A DNA stretch of 63,851 nucleotides, filler included, from Intoshia linei (Eukaryota > Animalia > Orthonectida): assembly GCA_001642005.1 (NCBI GenBank). It is 8 parts of 8 records of this genome, joined end to end, with 100 filler letters (N's around TTAATTAATTAA, not from the genome) between each part and the next. Parts side by side here need not be neighbours in the genome. Positions count along the whole stretch, not along the records: positions 1 to 16,257 come from LWCA01000872.1; 7 more parts are not named here. One strand, written 5' to 3'. A program made the position numbers and the translations under genes. The notes below the pieces were generated by a model. It made no database searches. It saw only the letters and a program-made list of their open reading frames with translations, and had not been told where the DNA came from. This document shows, piece by piece, positions 1-14,368 of this stretch. Within the stretch, counting starts at the first letter, position 1, and every line of letters starts with the position of its first letter.

Positions 1-1300
1 ATTAAAAATGTTTGTATATTTTAATAAAACGCGATCAGCTGCATCATTTGCAATATACTTTATTTTATAATAACGAAAATATTTTTTTTATAATTATTAT
101 GATGATTTTGTTTTGACGTTTAAACAGTGTGGGATAAATAAATGTAGACACTTTTTCTAACTTTTTGAAAATGTTAATCTAATTTTAGGAGACCTTAAGA
201 TAGTCATAATACAACCAAAATTTTATGTATCTTCAATACACCAATAAAATAAATGATTTTATAAATTTTAATCTAAAATATATTATTCAAAGTATTTTGT
301 TAAAATTTATTTAAAACCGTGACTATATTTTTAATTGCGTATTATATTGTGGATAAATTTAATTCTCGTTTATATTTTCAAGAAAAATTATGTGTAACTT
401 AGTGCAAAACGTTAATGCGTATTAATATTATTTATTAATCCTTAAAATAATGTTTCATTGCACTGTCATTTTCATTGTTAATTATTTTAGTGAACATTAA
501 AATAATTCGGAACCAAATGTTCACTATCCACAAGTCTGACTGTAATTATATTTTGACTTATTCTATTTTTAATTCACAATTTAGTGTATATAATTCATTG
601 ATTTCTATATTATCAAAGGGGTTAGTTAACAGAGTTGCCAGGTGTTGGGAATTAATCCCAAAGCCTAGACGACCGTTACATTATTATTTAAAAAATTCCA
701 CTTTTATCCCATTATTAATAAAATTTGATATTATTTCAAACCCTCATGAAAAAAATCGATTTTTACTGATATTTTTTTAAATATCTAATATTCCAAATAG
801 TGACAATAATTGATATATTACTAATTTTTCGTTACAGTAAAGCTATATATCATATCATCGCTTGTCTTAGGTTTTATACTATTGAGTTTCAATTAAATTT
901 TACAATATTTATATATATTTAATAGAATTCATCGAGTAATTCAGGTGATATGAGAGATTATTACATTACTTGCTTTATCATTAAAATTTAGGCGATGAAA
1001 ATGTAAATAAGAAATACAATGAAATGAGTGTAATTTTATCAATTAATTATAAAAAATGGTTTAACGGATTCTAATTTCGCTAACTTGTTGAAAATTTTAC
1101 AAAATATTTTACGGGTATACTATAGTCTCAGTGTCCGTAGAAGCATTTTTGTGTGATATATTTAATATTTTGATGTAGTTAAAATACAAAAATTGCTTTG
1201 ATCAGGTATTTTTAAAATTAAATTAATATTTCGCAATGGTCTACTTGAAAACCCTATGAAAATAAAATTATTAAAATTTAATTTAAATTTTATATATAAG

Positions 1301-4300
1301 AATAAAGAATTAAAGGATAAACTTTACATGACAAATGTCATACTGGATTCCCAAAAAGAAAAAAACAAAGACGTAAATATACTACTTATACTTATATTTT
1401 CACAAAATTTTTTTAGAATGAAATTTTACTCTCTCACAAAAATGAAATGTTGGATATGTTAAAACAAGTCATTTATAATTTTTTTTAACTTTTGTATATT
1501 AAAATTAATTAATATTTAAATATTTAGCAAAAACAAACAAAAAGTACAATAAACCCAAATATTAAGCTAATTTTACATTCTATTGAAAGCCAAATTAAAA
1601 GTCCTATATATTTTAAAATTCACAATGAATTGATTGAAGGTAATTTAATGCATCTTAAAATCCCATGTAATTTTTTGACCAGTCTAGTCTTAATTTTATG
1701 ATTCTACTATTATATTAATGATCCAAATTGTAGCACTTGTACTGCGTACAATCCATGCATTAATTTTTAATTTAATGTGTAAATTACAGAATGTAAAATA
1801 TACCTATCAAATATAAAATGCAAATTGATTGAATCAATCAAGGTGGGTAGCCAAGAAGAATCTGGTAAATTGAAAAATAAAATTTACCATAAACATTTAG
1901 AAAAAATTTTGGCTTCTCAAATTTATCACATTATCAAATTAAAAACAGTAATAACATTTCTATTTCAACAAAAGGATGAATCCACCAAAGAGAGTAGACT
2001 AAATAAAAAAATTTCTACTTTTTTTTAGAAATATTATTTAATTTTTCCAAATTAATCAGAGTGTACAACTCTATAATGAAAATGTATTCAAATTCTCTAA
2101 ATAACGGTAATGCATTTCAAATTTTTTTTACTCTTCAAAATTAGAACGTGAAATAATGTTTAATTTTGACGTTGAGGATATAGCTAAAGCAGTAGGTGAA
2201 TTAGAGGCCATGTTTATAATTATACCAGAAGAAAAAGTTGAAAATGATAGCCTGCAAAACGAAATGTTGCTTACTGTTGATGCTATCGAAGATATGTCTA
2301 AACAAGCTGAGGTTTTTTACATTTCTAGTAGTTTTATTTTTATTCTAGTTAAACATGGACAAATGTCTAGATTCCGATGTTAAAGTTACTATTCAATATA
2401 AGGATACTCTTTTAATTGGTTCAAAAGATTTATTATCTGTAATTTTGGACATTTTCAATTCATTAATTTTTATATTAGGCAATCAAAATTTTGGTGGAAA
2501 AATCAATAATTCTTCAAATTAGTATTAATAAAACACACAAGGTAATTTTATGCAAAAATGAATCATGTAAATTTGCAAACTCACCAATATTGAGGTAGTT
2601 ATTATTGAAACTAGAATGAATTTGTTTAAATTTCCAAGTGGTATTTCTATTGTAAAGTCTTTTAGCTAAAATTAATTTATAAAAAAAATTTTTTTTCAAC
2701 ACCTTTGTAGCAGTTTTTATCCAAGTACAATCTTTTTTTCCAAGTTTATTTAGACATATTTTATCTTTTTCTTTTATTTTCAAATTTTTTTCATTGATAA
2801 AAACGTCTGGTGCAAAAATTTGTACACGTTTTGTAACATGTTTAAATGAAGCTTCAGGGTATCTAGTACTGATTGGCAGTTTTAGGGTATAATTATTTTT
2901 TTTTTTTAAATGAAAAATCCATTTTTTATTTTTGCTTTTATATGAAGGGCTTTCTATGTCGTAAAATTTCACATCCATATCCAATAATGTTTCCTAAATT
3001 ACTGGAATGTTAGAATGTGTTTCAACCGTTTTGTTTAATAATTTTTGAATTTTTCCCAAATTTAATAATTATTATAATGGACCATTTTTTGTAGATAATT
3101 ATCTATCGATATTACTTATTATGGTTACAGGGTTTACAGTGAGATTGATTTATGAAAAAATTGACGTGATTTCTTTCATAATTATAATAGGATATTTTCA
3201 ACGATAATTTTTATGTACATTATAATAATTTATTATTATCTGTTTTGAAAACTTTTTTCTCTAAAGGGTTGGTAAAATTCAATTGATCAGAAATGTTTAT
3301 TTATTTGTTAAAAAAATTAAACTATACATTTTTATCGGTTGCAACAGTATTACAGAATATATAAAGTATTTAAAATTTTATTTTTTCTGGGATTCATCTT
3401 ATTTGTGATAATTTTTTAGGGTTGTAACTCTCATTACACTTTCTTTACTTTATTTTTAAGATTATACACTTATTTTTTAAAATTAACACAAAAGTTAATA
3501 TTGTTTTTTTAATTGGTCTTAAAATGAAAATCGCCCTAGGAAAAGCTAGCTGATATTTGTACAAAGTTCATAACAGCCAAACTACATGTAGTTTTTACTA
3601 TAAAGAACATTTCACGTTTTCAAGGGAAAAGTCCACAAAATGACAAAATTTAAAGGATTTTCGTTTAAATGAAGGGTGGGTTACAAATAAGCTCAAATAC
3701 TTTAAAACTTACATCAAATCTATAATTTGGATAAAATTTGTTGACGTAAAAATGATTTGTCAAATTCAAGACTATTTTACAGGCCATAATGCATTGAATG
3801 TTGATATTTCTAAAATTAAAATACTTTATATTTTATTTAAATCCGTTGTATTTGCGAATAAGAGGTGTTTCGGATGAATGGGTGTCGTAACATGTCACCA
3901 AAAAGTAAAAAAGATTAACAAAATTTAAACTTGACAATTATAACCAATGGAAAACTACAGTTGAACCAAGTTAATCCGTTGACATATGACACTACGTATC
4001 GATTTCGAAAACTTTTTAAGCTTATGTTTCATTTACGCTAGTGGTTTCGAGCTTAGTAGTTTCGGCTAGTACAGTCGGACCTCGGATTGGGCACTATTTT
4101 TTGAAAAGTGCCCCATCATCAGGGGTTTTAGTAAGTTATCTAATTTTTCATTGAATATTTAAACTATTGCAATATATTATGATATTATATTTGTTTCTAT
4201 TAGAGTCCAACACGGTTTAGGGTGATATTTTCAGGTTAATACCTAAAAGACAAAATTTAATAAAAATCTCAAACCAAAGTTATGAATATTTTTTTAATTA

Positions 4301-6530
4301 TATACTTAATTTTTAGAACTATAGTTACTCTCTAATCTAGAATAATAATTAAGTTAAGAGATATTAAAATTCAGGCATGAATGAAAAATTAATGAATTAT
4401 GATAAATACATACGAAAATGTATGTAAAATATTTAAATAAATATAATTTTAATTTAATGTCATCACTATAGGAATTATACTTATATATTTTATATTTACA
4501 ACATTTTTACCCCAAAAGCTCGGTTAATTTCACATATATTGCTATGCCATAGATGTAAATACTATAAAATTAACATAATTCATAAAATTTATCTTAAAAC
4601 ACGAGTATGGCCCATACCGGGGTCGGAATGTAGTGTGATATTGTGGGATAATGCGCTACATGTATAATTATATAATAAATATACCTATGAAAACCTTCCC
4701 CTTCTAATGTCCATACTATTGAGCTATATGCTGAGTTTATCAATATTAAAATTATAAAATTATTCATTTATTTGAAAAAAATAAATTGTAAATAAATAGT
4801 CAACATTTATCGTAACAATAATACGACTGCTAATTCTGGTACGGTAACAGAATTTATGTTTATTTTGAAAAATTAATTAATGCAAATATCCTTACTTACA
4901 AGAATATATTGTATCCAAAAAAATCCGAAGGAATGAATTATATAGATTTTCACCCATATTTCTTTATTGGAAATGTGTAGAGGTTCAATTTTTATTTTAA
5001 TCGAAATATTTGATTATATTATATTTTAATAAAATATTTCAGAAAAAAAATATATGAAAACTGAAATGTTATTTTGACCGTGAAGTCGTCACTTATTCGG
5101 ATTGAAATTTTTTGTGTGTGTTAACATGATACAACTGTACCGACCTGTAAATTTTTTTCAATTCTAGGGCTGTTTTCATTAAAAAAAATGGTAATTTGGG
5201 GTTTTGGCCCTGAAGATATATTATTTTTTTAAATTCTCGAACTCGTTTGATTTTTAAAAAAAGGGACAATTGGTGGTTTTAACCCGTAAGATGTGAAATT
5301 TGGAGGTTGAAATTTATCTTATTATACGTCCCGGAAAAAACTGTAATTGAAATGTTATCTTTAAAAAATTTTAAAACTGGTAGTATTGAAATAAACGATA
5401 ACACACAAACAAATAGTACGTAGCATATTATATACGTAAAGATACGTTAATAATTGCTGTATTAACGAATTTTAATTTACGAAACCACTTTTTTTATTAT
5501 TCTTTACTAATTTTCAGTCTGTACTTGGCTTCTATTTATATAGATCAGTGCTTTTCGAGTTTTTAAATTAGGGTTACCTCAAATGCAAAATTTATGTGCG
5601 ACTTCTGGATCCATTTTTCACCGAATTGTTGATTTTTTTAAATGAAACTGATAAAATAGTTTAGTTTATGAAAATTTTCAATTTGCAGTTTCTTATATGT
5701 ATTTTTATATAGTTTTAGTTCTTTTAATGATTTTAGGGTAATTTTGAGTAAAATTAAAATTGTGTTTTTGAATTTAAAAACAGTAAATTCACATAAAATA
5801 CCAAGTTTTACAGTTCATTTACAAAAATACCAAAATCCTTAAAAGTAACAGAAAGTAAAAATGTCAATTTGTATTAATATTGATGTGTTTATTTTTAATC
5901 TTTAAATTCTTAAAAATTTAAAAAAATTAGAACATTTCAAATATGCAATTTTACAAAAAACATAATCGTTGGAAAAATGGATTAATTTCAGCTGTAAAAG
6001 CAGTAGCATGGAGTGTAGGCTTATTCATGTAATTTTATTCTATATAAAAAGAATACATAAATTGTAACTAATTTTTCATAATTTTTAACTAAGGAATACT
6101 GCGGAAAAGGTAATCGTTGGAGATGAAACGGTAGAAAGATTAATTGTAACTTCACATGAAATTGCCTCCTCATCTGCTCAATTAGTGGTGGCTGGAGTGT
6201 CTCGAGCCAACCCAGATGACCAAGCAAAATCAGATTTAGCGATTGCATCAAAAAACGTCAAAATTATTGTATCCAAAATTGTTAACGAATGTAGAGAATA
6301 TATAAAAAAAAATGAAATATCAAAAGATGGTTACTTTTTTTATCCATTTAATTTTTAAATTTTTAGAAAAAATTGATATTTGTAATTTGTCTAAAAATGA
6401 AGTCAAATTTTTTGAAATGGAAAGAAAAACTGCAATTTTAACATTTGAAAGAAAAATAATTGAACACAACCAATTTATATCAAAACTAAGAAAAACTCAT
6501 TATCATGATGAAGAAGAAGAATATGAATAA
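1301..6530 (+). CDS. HIP1: Huntingtin-interacting protein 1 / HIP1R (Sla2 family), 3' portion with I/LWEQ (THATCH) actin-binding domain; multi-exon, 5' end not resolved
   Basis: Spliced exons give LQNEMLLTVDAIEDM (2146-2311), AIKILVEKSIILQ (2479-2541), FYKKHNRWKNGLISAVKAVAW (5931-6028), RLIVTSHEIASSSAQLVVAG (6094-6329) and EMERKTAILTFERKIIEHNQFISKLRKTHY-stop (6368-6530). These match the HIP1 motifs FYAKNSRWTEGLISASKAVGW, HEIAASTAQLVAAS and LGELRKKHY. AATAAA at 6541. Confidence 0.9.
4072..4630. mobile_element. Tc1/pogo-type MITE
   Basis: Imperfect terminal inverted repeats (TIRs) CAGTCGGACCTCGGATTGGGC / CATTCCGACCCCGGTATGGGC, flanked by TA. Confidence 0.7.
4930..5442 (-). mobile_element. Helitron-family copy, 3'-truncated
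   Basis: Aligns by eye with 17225-17981 (ATAGATTTTCACCCATATT, GTGTGTTAACA.GATACAACTGTAC, CCCGGAAAAA). Confidence 0.72.
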
Positions 6531-6733
6531 TACCATATTTAATAAATGTAGTATTTAATGATTTTATTGTAAATTATATTTACAGCAGCATGTAATGGAT
6601 AATTTTTCTAAATCTCCTGTTTTTCTGAAACTTAAATATTACCCTATTTACATTTACTATGTTAAAAGAATATTATTAACATTTCCACAATTAAACAATA
6701 TAACATATTATGCTTAATATTTAATATTGACAA

Positions 6734-9700
6734 TTATTCCCATATGGTGTCTTGCATCTTGGACTTTCCATTGTTACATCTTTTTTACTGTTTGCTGTTT
6801 GAGGTTTTTGTAATTTTGGAGAATTTTGATGCTGAAATTAAAGTTGTATTCAAAAAAATAATATAAAATAAATTAAAAATACTTTATCTATATCTGGTAA
6901 ATAATCATAAATTCCAGCTCTATAAATATTTCCATTTATACCACGGATATTTTGAGTATTTTTACTAAAATTATTTGAAATTTTTTTTAAAGTTATATAA
7001 AATTGAAGTTACTTTGCCAAATCGGAATATTTGTTTATGTAATTGTGGATTCTATTGATATATTATTAATTTTTAATAATATCATTAAAATATATTACAT
7101 TATATAACTACAATAGTATTTTTACACTTAATATAACATTTTTTTAATCTTGATGCAAGTTACACTCGGTATACTTATATAATAATTAATAGGGTTTATT
7201 TTCAATTTCAATATTTAAATTTCTGGGACATTCTACTATGGTGGAGGGTCCCAGAAATATAGAATATATCTGGTTCAATAAAATTAAATATAAATTCATT
7301 TTATTACTTTGAATTTATTAGTTTAGTGATTCTTTTTGTTGGAAACGTTAAAGTGTGAATTCCTCCACAATTTCGTAATGTTGTCATTTCAGGAAAAGCG
7401 TCTTGTCCAAACCTAGAATTAAAAGTTTACATCATTTATGCAAAAGTTTCCGTTTAAATTATTTAATTTACTTGGCATATTGGCGTATTTGATCAATTTC
7501 AAAAGAGGTATACATTTTAGTTGAGGTATTGGTGGGAAAAGATGATAGTACAGGTATTGATGGTGCAGCACTTTTAAATTAATGATTACATTATTACATA
7601 TTAATTACTTTCCAATTGAAATTTCTACAACTTTGTCGCACGATATGCAGTTGTATGGTGTTTTACTATAAATAATATCGAATTAAATAATTACATTAAT
7701 TGTCATTTCAATATTTCAGAGTTGTTTAGAAAACACGTGTATAATTGACAGTAAAAGATGATGATCAATTATAATGTTTAAAATCAAAAATTCCCATGTC
7801 TTATTTTTAATCACCTTCTAAAAGCAGCTGCCTCATGATTTTCATCATGTTCTTTCATTTCGAGCAATCTCAATTTTCTTAGAATACTTTTCAATTTTTT
7901 TTCAATTTCCAACTTCAATGGAAGAAATTGAGATTTATTAACTTTATAGTTAACTTCATCTCCTAATTTGTCCATTTCCAATTCTGTTTTCTTTGACTAG
8001 AAAAAATATTCATTTTCAGCATGTGATATACGTTGTGTATTATATCCAAATTTTTTTTTTATTACGCTTCATGTTTAGCAACATATTACCTCATCTTTAA
8101 ATTTGGTTAAAATGTTATTTATATTTTCATTCATCAATTCAAATTCCTTGACAAACAAATCTTGTTCCACTTTTGAGCTTAGCATATGTTTATCGGCTTT
8201 CTATACGTAATATCAAATATTTTAATGTTCAAATTTAATATTTTAAAAGGAAAATACTGTAGTGTGTAGTATTTTTTTATTTTTTTATAGTCATCAAAAA
8301 CGAAATAATGTATTAAAGTTGATTTCAAAAATTATAAAACAGAAATGTAAAACCTTGATTCAACCTTAAGAATATAATTTAAAAAATACATGTAAATACT
8401 ATGTATTTATCAATTTTTATTAAATTTACAGTAATATATAAAAAACAAGATTTTTCTTAAAAATGAAATAAAAGTACCGGGTCTACAGCAGTAGCAACGT
8501 AATCTTTATCAACCTTATTTTCTTCCATAGATCTGCATAAAACTTTAATATCCTAAAATTCAATTTAAATTATATATTAAAAATCAATAATCATATTATA
8601 TATTGTACTTATTAATTAAAATTATAAAATAATTGTTTATGTTATATTACATAACTATTATATTATATAACTTATATACAATTATAGATACATATATTAT
8701 AATATATAATTATATACCAGCTATTTTGATAAGTTGAGTGAATATAAAAAAGTATATACAGTCAATTCTGTTATATATGAACATCCTAGAATATGAACTC
8801 AGCTCAATATAAACGACAATTTTGTTTGAACAAACATTGATTGGACATATCGAAACTTTTAATTATATTATTATCGCCATTCATATATGTTCATATTACA
8901 GTATAGTATGAACATGATCAAAACCTGGTCCCTTCATGTTCATATAGAACAGAATTGACTATATAGTAAATGTATATCATAGACATAGCCGTGGAGAGCC
9001 AGCAGTGTGCCCTAATTTTTTTTTAAAATTGGGACGTTTATACATTGTTTAATCGATCGTTTATTGCCTAAAAATTAAAAATAACAGTTGCAAATCTCAT
9101 TGGTCATCATAATTTTGACAAACTTAAGAAATTTTCCAACATTACCTATTAATAAATTAAAATATTAGACCCCTTGTCCACGACCTGACCATAGATATAA
9201 TACAGAATAAATAAAATAATAAAAACACCTCTATTAAATTGTATATTCCAATATGTTTATTTTGAACATTTAAAAATGCATTTTTAATATTATCAATTTT
9301 ATCGCTTAATTCAAAAATTAACTCTTCAAAATCTGTAAACTTTCCATCAATCTACATAAATTAAAATATACAATACATAATATTAATGGATAATGTTTTA
9401 TTATGCTTGGAAATATTTTAGTCAGTTAAAATCCAAATAAAATTACATTAAAGTTTTTGAATATTATTATACGTTGGTCACCTAAATCAGCGTTTCAAAC
9501 TTTGTGATTTTTGCGGACCGGTGAAAGTATAGCAATATTTTGACGAACTGATAAAAAGTGGTATGATCATCCCTTATAAGCGATTTTTGGAAATATTTCA
9601 TAAAATTCAATTTTTAACATTTCATACATATTGATTATTCAGAATCGGCAACTTGTAAACGATGGAACATCATAAAAAGTACATAACATACATCAGAGTT

Positions 9701-12700
9701 TTGCAAATGACGGTCCGCGGACCAGAACTGTCCCGTGAAAATTTTTTACTAATTATAAGTCAATTTATTACGTTTTTTAATGTATTATTTGTTTATCAAG
9801 TTTTAAAAATTTTAACGCTTTAACGGTCCGGGATACAGATTATAATTTATTACCGGTCCGCCGTGAAAAAAGTGTTGGAACCCTGCTATATATAGTGTAG
9901 AATATTTAGTATGATCAAATACATTATTTTTTAAATTTTCTATTTTTCCAAGTTCGTTGGTTAAATTATTAATACTATCCGGATTTAACGTTGCACCTTG
10001 TTTTTCGAATTTAACAACTAAATATTAATGTTAAATGTGAATTAAATATCAATGTCTAGATTAATTCTGTTTGATCAGTTCTAAGTAACTGATTCAGATT
10101 CCCTAATTTTTCAAATTCAAATTGTAGTAGAATTTTTTCCAGATCTTTTGGTATTCACATTTTGGTAATCGATAAAAATAAACAAATATATTTATTAATT
10201 TACTAATTATAAGTGATTGAAATGTTATCAATACATACATAAGTATCAAAATTTAAAAAAAGATTAATTAACATTATAAGCTGCAAAATTTTAAGTCATT
10301 ACCTTGTTGTACCTGTTTTTCTGATTTTTCATTCTAAAAGAAATTTTTATAATTTATCGATACCGTGCCGTGTTAAGGTTGAATTTGGTGTCGATTTAGA
10401 CAACATTTAGATTTGGATACACAAAATATTCTTGATAAAATGGAAAATTGAAAACAAAGGTTTTTAAAAAAAATACATTTTTATATAATTTCCGATTTTT
10501 AAAATTACATTTAGTCACCGCTGTGTTACCGGTAAATATAAATAAACTTTTTACACGGCATTCTAGATTTAACAACTATTTAATAATAATAATAAAAAAC
10601 CAATCTTTCATATATATTTTCTGCCAATTCCATGAGTTTTCTATTAAGTCGTTCTGAAACCAGTTTGACGTCTTCCAATTCCTGTTTCAATGCATCAAAT
10701 ACTTTAGATTTATCATTTTTTAGCTATTATATTAAATATATTAAACTGCATGTATACTTTTAAAGACATAAAATCTAAAAAAAACACAACTTATTTATGT
10801 TATTTATTTACTTATGTGTTTTTAAGAGTATTTATTGAACATGGTAGATACATTTTATGGAACATATTCCAATTTCTCGAGAAATATCGAGAAAATATAA
10901 TCGATAATAAAAAATATACTGATTATTTTTTAATGTACATTTTAATGAATCAGTCACCGTCAGCGTTCCCAATTGTTAGCACCTTATGGGTCCAAAACTA
11001 TATGCCTGGACTTCGTGAGATTCAAATAAAATATATAAAAAAAATTATCAGCTTTTGTTTATTTTTATAGAATTATTAATATTTATGTAATATATTTTAT
11101 TACAGAGTTGCCAGATGTTAAGAAGAATCTTAATGAATATAAATAACATTTTTTCAAGAGCTCCTGGAGCCACCAATAACCTCAAATTATTTCGTAGACC
11201 CTTAGAAAATTTAGATATGCCTGGCTTAAAATTACTGTCTTAATTTAGCAATGGTAATGTAACTTTTTTCATATGAGTTTGTTAAATATAATTTATAATT
11301 TTTTCTACTACATTGTATTGTACGTTCATAATACAGTTTAGTCCTTATTAAAAAATGTCGGAATTTTAATTATTTATTTTTTTTTAACGAATTTGTATGA
11401 ACCAAAAATTCCGTTAATAAAAATATTATCTCTAAAGCTCTATAATCCATTTTTAATGACTATCATAAATATAAATTAATTTTTTTACTAATTAGAAGTC
11501 AATTTATTATCAAATATTTAATAGATTTTAAATTAGATGGAGTTAATTAGAAATAATTACTATCATTGAGGAAATATCATGGACTAAAAAACAGCTGGGA
11601 ATACCAGGAGTCCACTTGGATCCGTTGATAATGTTTTGTGTATATTACTTCGTCATGTATTATTCAAAACCTCATAATAACAAGAAATATTAACATTTAA
11701 TGGTTCTTATTTAAAAAATTAAATTCAGTTAACGAGGGTGTTACTATGGGGAAAATTACATATTAAATTACATACGGAATTGAAAATTCCGTTAATAAGG
11801 ACATATGCTATATTGTATTAACTTTACGTTCATTTTACAAAATTTTGCAGACTTCATTAAATACATGGTACAATATGGTATATATTATATATATTTAATA
11901 TAATTATATTATATATACAGCATCATCTATTTTATCAGTATTAGCATCGATTGTAACTTGTAAATTTTGAAGTGAAGTATTAATTTCTTCCAGGTCTTTA
12001 CTTTGTAAATATTTGTCCAAGGTTGATTCGTCGAAAACGGGTATGGTTTTCTAAAAATAATTTTCATAGTGTCAATAGATAATACGGCTACTGTCTTTTC
12101 TCGATTATAATAAGTCTTCTTATATTCGAGAGTAGAAGGAAAAATGGTTATAATCAAAAAAAAACAGAGTTTTAAGCAGACCTTGAAAAATATAAAAACA
12201 TAAACAATATATTGTATATGGTGAAAGCAAAACTTCTAAATTATATCAAGTTTCAATATTGCCGAACTCAGTGGCGGTTCGTATATAAAATAATTGGTAG
12301 GCTGCAAAAAAATAATAGATATTATTTAAAAAAATTTACTGAAATTCACTAGTCGTAGGCTGCAAACAGTGCAGGCCATAGTATTAAATTTTCTATAGAA
12401 ATTACAAATTGAGTTTTATGGATTGAATTGAAATATAAAATTACAATTTTGTAAATAATGTTTTTTTAAATTGGTCAAAATTCTGGAGGGACTGTAGCCC
12501 TATATGATGAGCCGCCACTAGCCGAACTACACCTTTTTAAATTCAAATTAAAAAAGTTGATACATGTAAGCAGTACTGAATCTAATATACGTGAGATCCC
12601 TCTTCGGAAGTCTTAAATATATTTTTTTTGAAATTAGTTTTGTTTTTATTTTTCATTTCTGTGGTTTTCCCGTTCTCCAACTCGTCAAATTGTGTACCTC

Positions 12701-14368
12701 ACCAAATTTTAGAAATACAAATAATGACTAGTTATAAAGAAAGTACTGTATTTTTATTATAATATGACTCAGAATTTATCTACCGTATAAAAATTTCAGA
12801 TCTTAAGGCGGTCATGACATTAATGAAAAAGTTGAGAAACTTTTATGTAATCAACATAAATAAAAACCATATATTCTTGGTTAGCTTCAATCATATTTTT
12901 TAGTTTATCCAAAATTGACGTCTAAAATATTCATTTTTATACATACAAATATGTATTTCAAATACATCATACATCAGTGTTTCTCACACCATTTTGTTTA
13001 AAGAAAGAAAAAAATAGCATATACAGCAGTATTCACCATTACTCTGGTGATATGGGTGAGTTTTTCAAATATTTTTGTATATCGCCACATTTAAAATAAA
13101 TTTTAGAATGTTTAAAAAGATTTTGAAATTTTGATGAATTTTTAGATTTAAATGAAAAAATTTGATTTCATTTTAGCGTCGCGGCGATGAAATGAAAAAT
13201 TAAGTATAAAAAAATTATAAAAAAATCTCGCTGTACACCTCCAAACCTCACACGGCGCAGAGTAAGAGAAACACTGATTTAGATGTTTAAAATATACTTG
13301 TTCCACAAGATTAGAAATTTTATTAGACATTCCATCAACTTTGGTAGATAAAGCCTCAAGTAGACTTTCAATTTTGAGGGATTCATTTTTTCTATTTTGA
13401 TTTTCCTTGCTAATGTTATCGAAGTATCCAACAAGCTGAAATTTTTTACAATTAAGATTCCTATTTAACATTACTTACTTGTATTAATTATGTATTTAGT
13501 TCATGAATTAGTACTATGGCCCACTTTTTGAACCATTGCAATGCATTGTGAATTAGTTATTGAAAAAAAGAAAAAAGATAAAAAAGTTCAATAAACAATA
13601 ACATTGTTCATGTTACACAAAGCCGAACTTACCATGCTGGACGTCACCCGAAAATGAGAAATAGGCCTATGAAAAATTTTGCAATCAATGCTTAGTAACA
13701 TATAGCCTAGCCACCTCTTCATAGATCTGGATTTAACATTTTAAATTTGGCGCGCATATTAGTTACGATATTAAAAAATATAATTTTTTTAAATGTTTAA
13801 TTTTTGTTTCACTTGGAAAAACGAGGGCCCATTTTAGAAAAATTTCGTAGAGGACCCGAAGAGGTCCAATGTTACATACAATCATGCAATTAATATATGA
13901 ATAATATGAGCCATAATAAATTAAAAATCCATAATGTAAAATTTGATAAAATAAATGTACCTTATTAATAGCTTCAGTATTCATATCAACTTTACTCTGA
14001 ATTTGAACTTTTTGCCATAAATCTGACACTGATAAATCATCTTGAATTTTTTTTTGATCAATAACTTGATCCTTATTAAGCCATCCAGTTTTAAGTGAAA
14101 CTATAAAATTTTCCATAGATTGAAATCGATCATAATAACTAGGAGGTTCCTTTTCATAATCTTGATTACTCAATTCATGATCCTTATCAGTTTCCGTTGA
14201 ATTATCAGACACGTCAACGTCCTTCCGATCAAAATTATTTGGAATATCCAAATTTTTAATTTCCAACCGATTTGTAATTTCCTTGAGCACAACATATAGA
14301 TATTCAAAATTGACTGTATTGAATTTTTTAGATGGAAAACAATTTTCCAAGACTTGAGTCATAATCAT
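6734..14368 (-). CDS. QRICH2/C16orf96-like DUF4795 coiled-coil protein, many exons
   Basis: First exon has NTVNFEYLYVVL and VSDLWQKVQIQSKVDMNTEAINK. 3' exons have HEAAAFRR (~7815-7845), YNCISCDKVVE (~7625-7660), YTSFEIDQIRQY (~7475-7515), RNCGGIHTLTFP (~7340-7380) and IRGINGNIYRAG (~6915-6950). These follow the DUF4795 order AAAxRK / CLSCDR / FELEQVR / RxCGGxHTLTYP / GxDGHIYKG. Stop at 6734-6736. Confidence 0.85.
8759..8961. mobile_element. pogo/Tigger-type MITE, copy 1
   Basis: TIR CAGTCAATTCTGTT.TATATGAACA with TA flanks; near-identical copy at 25841. Confidence 0.85.
12269..12520. mobile_element. hAT-type MITE
   Basis: TIR (C/T)AGTGGCGG.TC.T with a perfect 8-bp TSD GCCGAACT. Confidence 0.88.

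Noticed and set aside
475-780. 101-aa ORF
   Set aside because: TTG start, and it runs through the dispersed repeat shared with 31097.
6021-6251. Minus-strand ORF (similarly 28289, 30222, 43683, 44404, 46032, 54658, 57322, 59937, 61799)
   Set aside because: Antisense shadows of real exons or transposase relics.
10448-11070. Two plus-strand ORFs
   Set aside because: Low-complexity F/I/K/Y-rich translations of intron and MITE DNA inside the QRICH2-like gene.
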